A stretch of DNA of 64,000 nt from a virus (lineage: Duplodnaviria; Caudoviricetes), in IMG/VR virus record IMGVR_UViG_3300031912_000009, positions 1,418 through 65,417 of that record; one strand, given 5' to 3'. Under the pieces are notes generated by a model that was given only the letters and a program-made list of their open reading frames with translations, searched no databases and had not been told where the DNA came from. The position numbers were made by a program, and so were the translations under genes. Shown here in pieces: positions 62,691 to 64,000 of the stretch. Every line of letters begins with the position of its first letter. Position 1 is the first letter of the stretch.

Positions 62691-63341
62691 TTAAAGCCGC
62701 ATCTCGGATTGATTTGGCTCAGCATCGTCGTCGTAGACGCTGCCTTGATGATCCCGATCATTGTCCGGAACGATCACAGGCGTGATCCCTGCTTTGGCGA
62801 GCTTCTCCATCTCGTCGTCGTCCTGGGCCATGGTTTCGGTGATCAATTTCTCCAGCCGGGTTGGCTTGAAGATACGAAACACACCACCTTTCCATTCCTC
62901 CTCGAGGAGGTGAGTTTCTTCATTCACAACCGCATGCTTTTGAATTTTGGGATGGGCGAACCATACCCAGTGTTTCCCCAATTCAAAGCCCCGCGGGATG
63001 GTCTTGATGCGCCTGGAGATCCCCAACCGCGCGGCCTCATCGGTGAACTCGGCCGGCGTTTTATAGAATTGGGTGCCGATCCAGATCAAGCCGACTTGGT
63101 CACCCATGCCATCAGCGCGATAGCAGGGACACGTCCAGTTATCCTGCTTGCAAGCGCCTTTGATCCATGGCCGCGGATCAATCCACTGCCAGGATCTGGA
63201 TTGCTTGATCCCGCCATTGCAGCACGGACACACGCTTAAGATGATCGGCATTTTGCAGCACGGCTGGCCACTGCCTTCGCCGCACAGATACAGGCCGTTT
63301 ATTTTTCTATATCCGCAGGCCCTACGAGCTTCTACTGCCAT
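62691..63341 (-). CDS. Cys-rich conserved phage hypothetical protein
   Basis: ATG 63341 after GGAGGG; RRACGYRK...CPCC...LIWIG..FY...GISRRI. Confidence 0.7.
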   Translation of the reverse strand: MAVEARRACGYRKINGLYLCGEGSGQPCCKMPIILSVCPCCNGGIKQSRSWQWIDPRPWIKGACKQDNWTCPCYRADGMGDQVGLIWIGTQFYKTPAEFTDEAARLGISRRIKTIPRGFELGKHWVWFAHPKIQKHAVVNEETHLLEEEWKGGVFRIFKPTRLEKLITETMAQDDDEMEKLAKAGITPVIVPDNDRDHQGSVYDDDAEPNQSEMRL

Positions 63342-63783
63342 CACCACCCTCCATTTGTCCGCGACCGACACGATGGTTCAATCGCTTCATAAGCTGCCAG
63401 GATGCCAATTGAGCTTCACGCAATGCCGGTGTGGCGTCCCAGCGTGATCGACACTGAGGCATTGTAAGTGCTGTTTTAGCTTGATCAGTCTTCAATCGGA
63501 GATACGGCAAAACTGATTGAAGTAGATTACGGGCTTGATTACCGGCAATGATCCATTCTGCCAGATGACGTTGGCCTGGACGTTTACGAATCCATAAATT
63601 GCCAATGCGATGGTCTTGGCGCAAGGCTGTGAGATGTTTGGTTTCACCGCCGATTTTGACAAATGTCTGAAAGCTAAGGCCGCGTTTACGATCGCCTTTG
63701 GTTATGCCTTTCTGGCGACGGATAATCATAATCGATCCGTCGCCATCGATAAGACCAGCAAGATAAGCGTGGGCTTCTGACAT
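63322..63783 (-). CDS. Single-motif LAGLIDADG homing endonuclease, free-standing
   Basis: AYLAGLIDGDGSI; C-terminal LQSVLPYLRLKTDQA. Confidence 0.88.
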   Translation of the reverse strand: MSEAHAYLAGLIDGDGSIMIIRRQKGITKGDRKRGLSFQTFVKIGGETKHLTALRQDHRIGNLWIRKRPGQRHLAEWIIAGNQARNLLQSVLPYLRLKTDQAKTALTMPQCRSRWDATPALREAQLASWQLMKRLNHRVGRGQMEGGDGSRSS

Positions 63784-63784
63784 T

Positions 63785-64000
63785 TCAGAAGCCCCACTTG
63801 CCGGCGCAGATTGGGCCGATGCCGGCCTCGATCGAATTCGGATCGGTCAGCGTGGCGCCGCAGCAGCAGCAAAGGCCGAATTCTTTCTTTTGACCGGTGA
63901 GGCGAGCATTGCCGGCCGGGTCCGCAGCGAAAGCCTTGATCTCGTCGATGATCTCTGGCGTGGCGAGCCGGAACGTGTGCAGCTTGCCGTCCACGATCTT
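63785..64000 (-). CDS. DUF6011-like zinc-finger protein, C-terminal part (5' end outside the window)
   Basis: CCCCGATLTDPNSIEAGIGPICA; frame open to the window edge. Confidence 0.75.
   Translation of the reverse strand, partial: KIVDGKLHTFRLATPEIIDEIKAFAADPAGNARLTGQKKEFGLCCCCGATLTDPNSIEAGIGPICAGKWGF

Noticed and set aside
998-63447. Long antisense or alternate-frame ORFs in the track (for example 998..1762, 5457..6185, 19681..20253, 30061..30675, 30781..31578, 58963..59325)
   Set aside because: They shadow well-supported genes in GC-rich DNA, lack RBS or motifs, and have Arg/Pro/His-rich off-frame composition.
1-64000. Genome-wide TAG recoding (alternative genetic code)
   Set aside because: Only one suspicious in-frame TAG (364). 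TAG ends several well-defined genes (for example at 8581, 15355, 17374, 24588 and 58588) at the expected lengths.

Overview
This window is most of a GC-rich tailed dsDNA phage genome. The layout is podovirus-like (P22/epsilon15-style): no tape measure, tail tube or sheath is recognisable. The host is probably a soil alphaproteobacterium (Hyphomicrobiales, Bradyrhizobium-like); this is inferred from gene content. Plus strand 0.5-52.4 kb: terL, portal, GroES-like co-chaperonin, scaffold, an 8-kb sugar-biosynthesis/glycosyltransferase cluster inserted inside the head operon, major capsid, head accessory proteins, a giant (1855 aa) almost charge-free Thr/Val/Ser repeat protein directly followed by a TPR + SPINDLY/OGT-type (GT41) glycosyltransferase, head-tail adaptors, nozzle, tailspike-like protein, ejection proteins and lysis genes. 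Minus strand 52.5-57.6 kb: ERF/YqaJ recombination module and small ORFs. 57.7-64 kb: Cro-like gene, RusA, a fourth glycosyltransferase, an MT-A70 methylase and a LAGLIDADG endonuclease. The best candidate for an undescribed system is phage-encoded virion glycosylation: an unusual higher-carbon/branched nucleotide sugar pathway, GT-A enzymes and a GT41 transferase paired with a dedicated Ser/Thr-rich acceptor fibre. Other notable items: a HiPIP-type Fe-S motif and an internal S74 auto-cleavage domain in ejection proteins, signal peptides on tailspike-like proteins, a peptide motif shared by several internal proteins, an AT-rich capsid gene beside an antisense HNH, and hairpins burying the start codons of both homing endonucleases. 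No integrase, CI repressor, DNA polymerase, primase or terS was recognised in the window. All family calls are by-eye motif recognition; no database searches were run.
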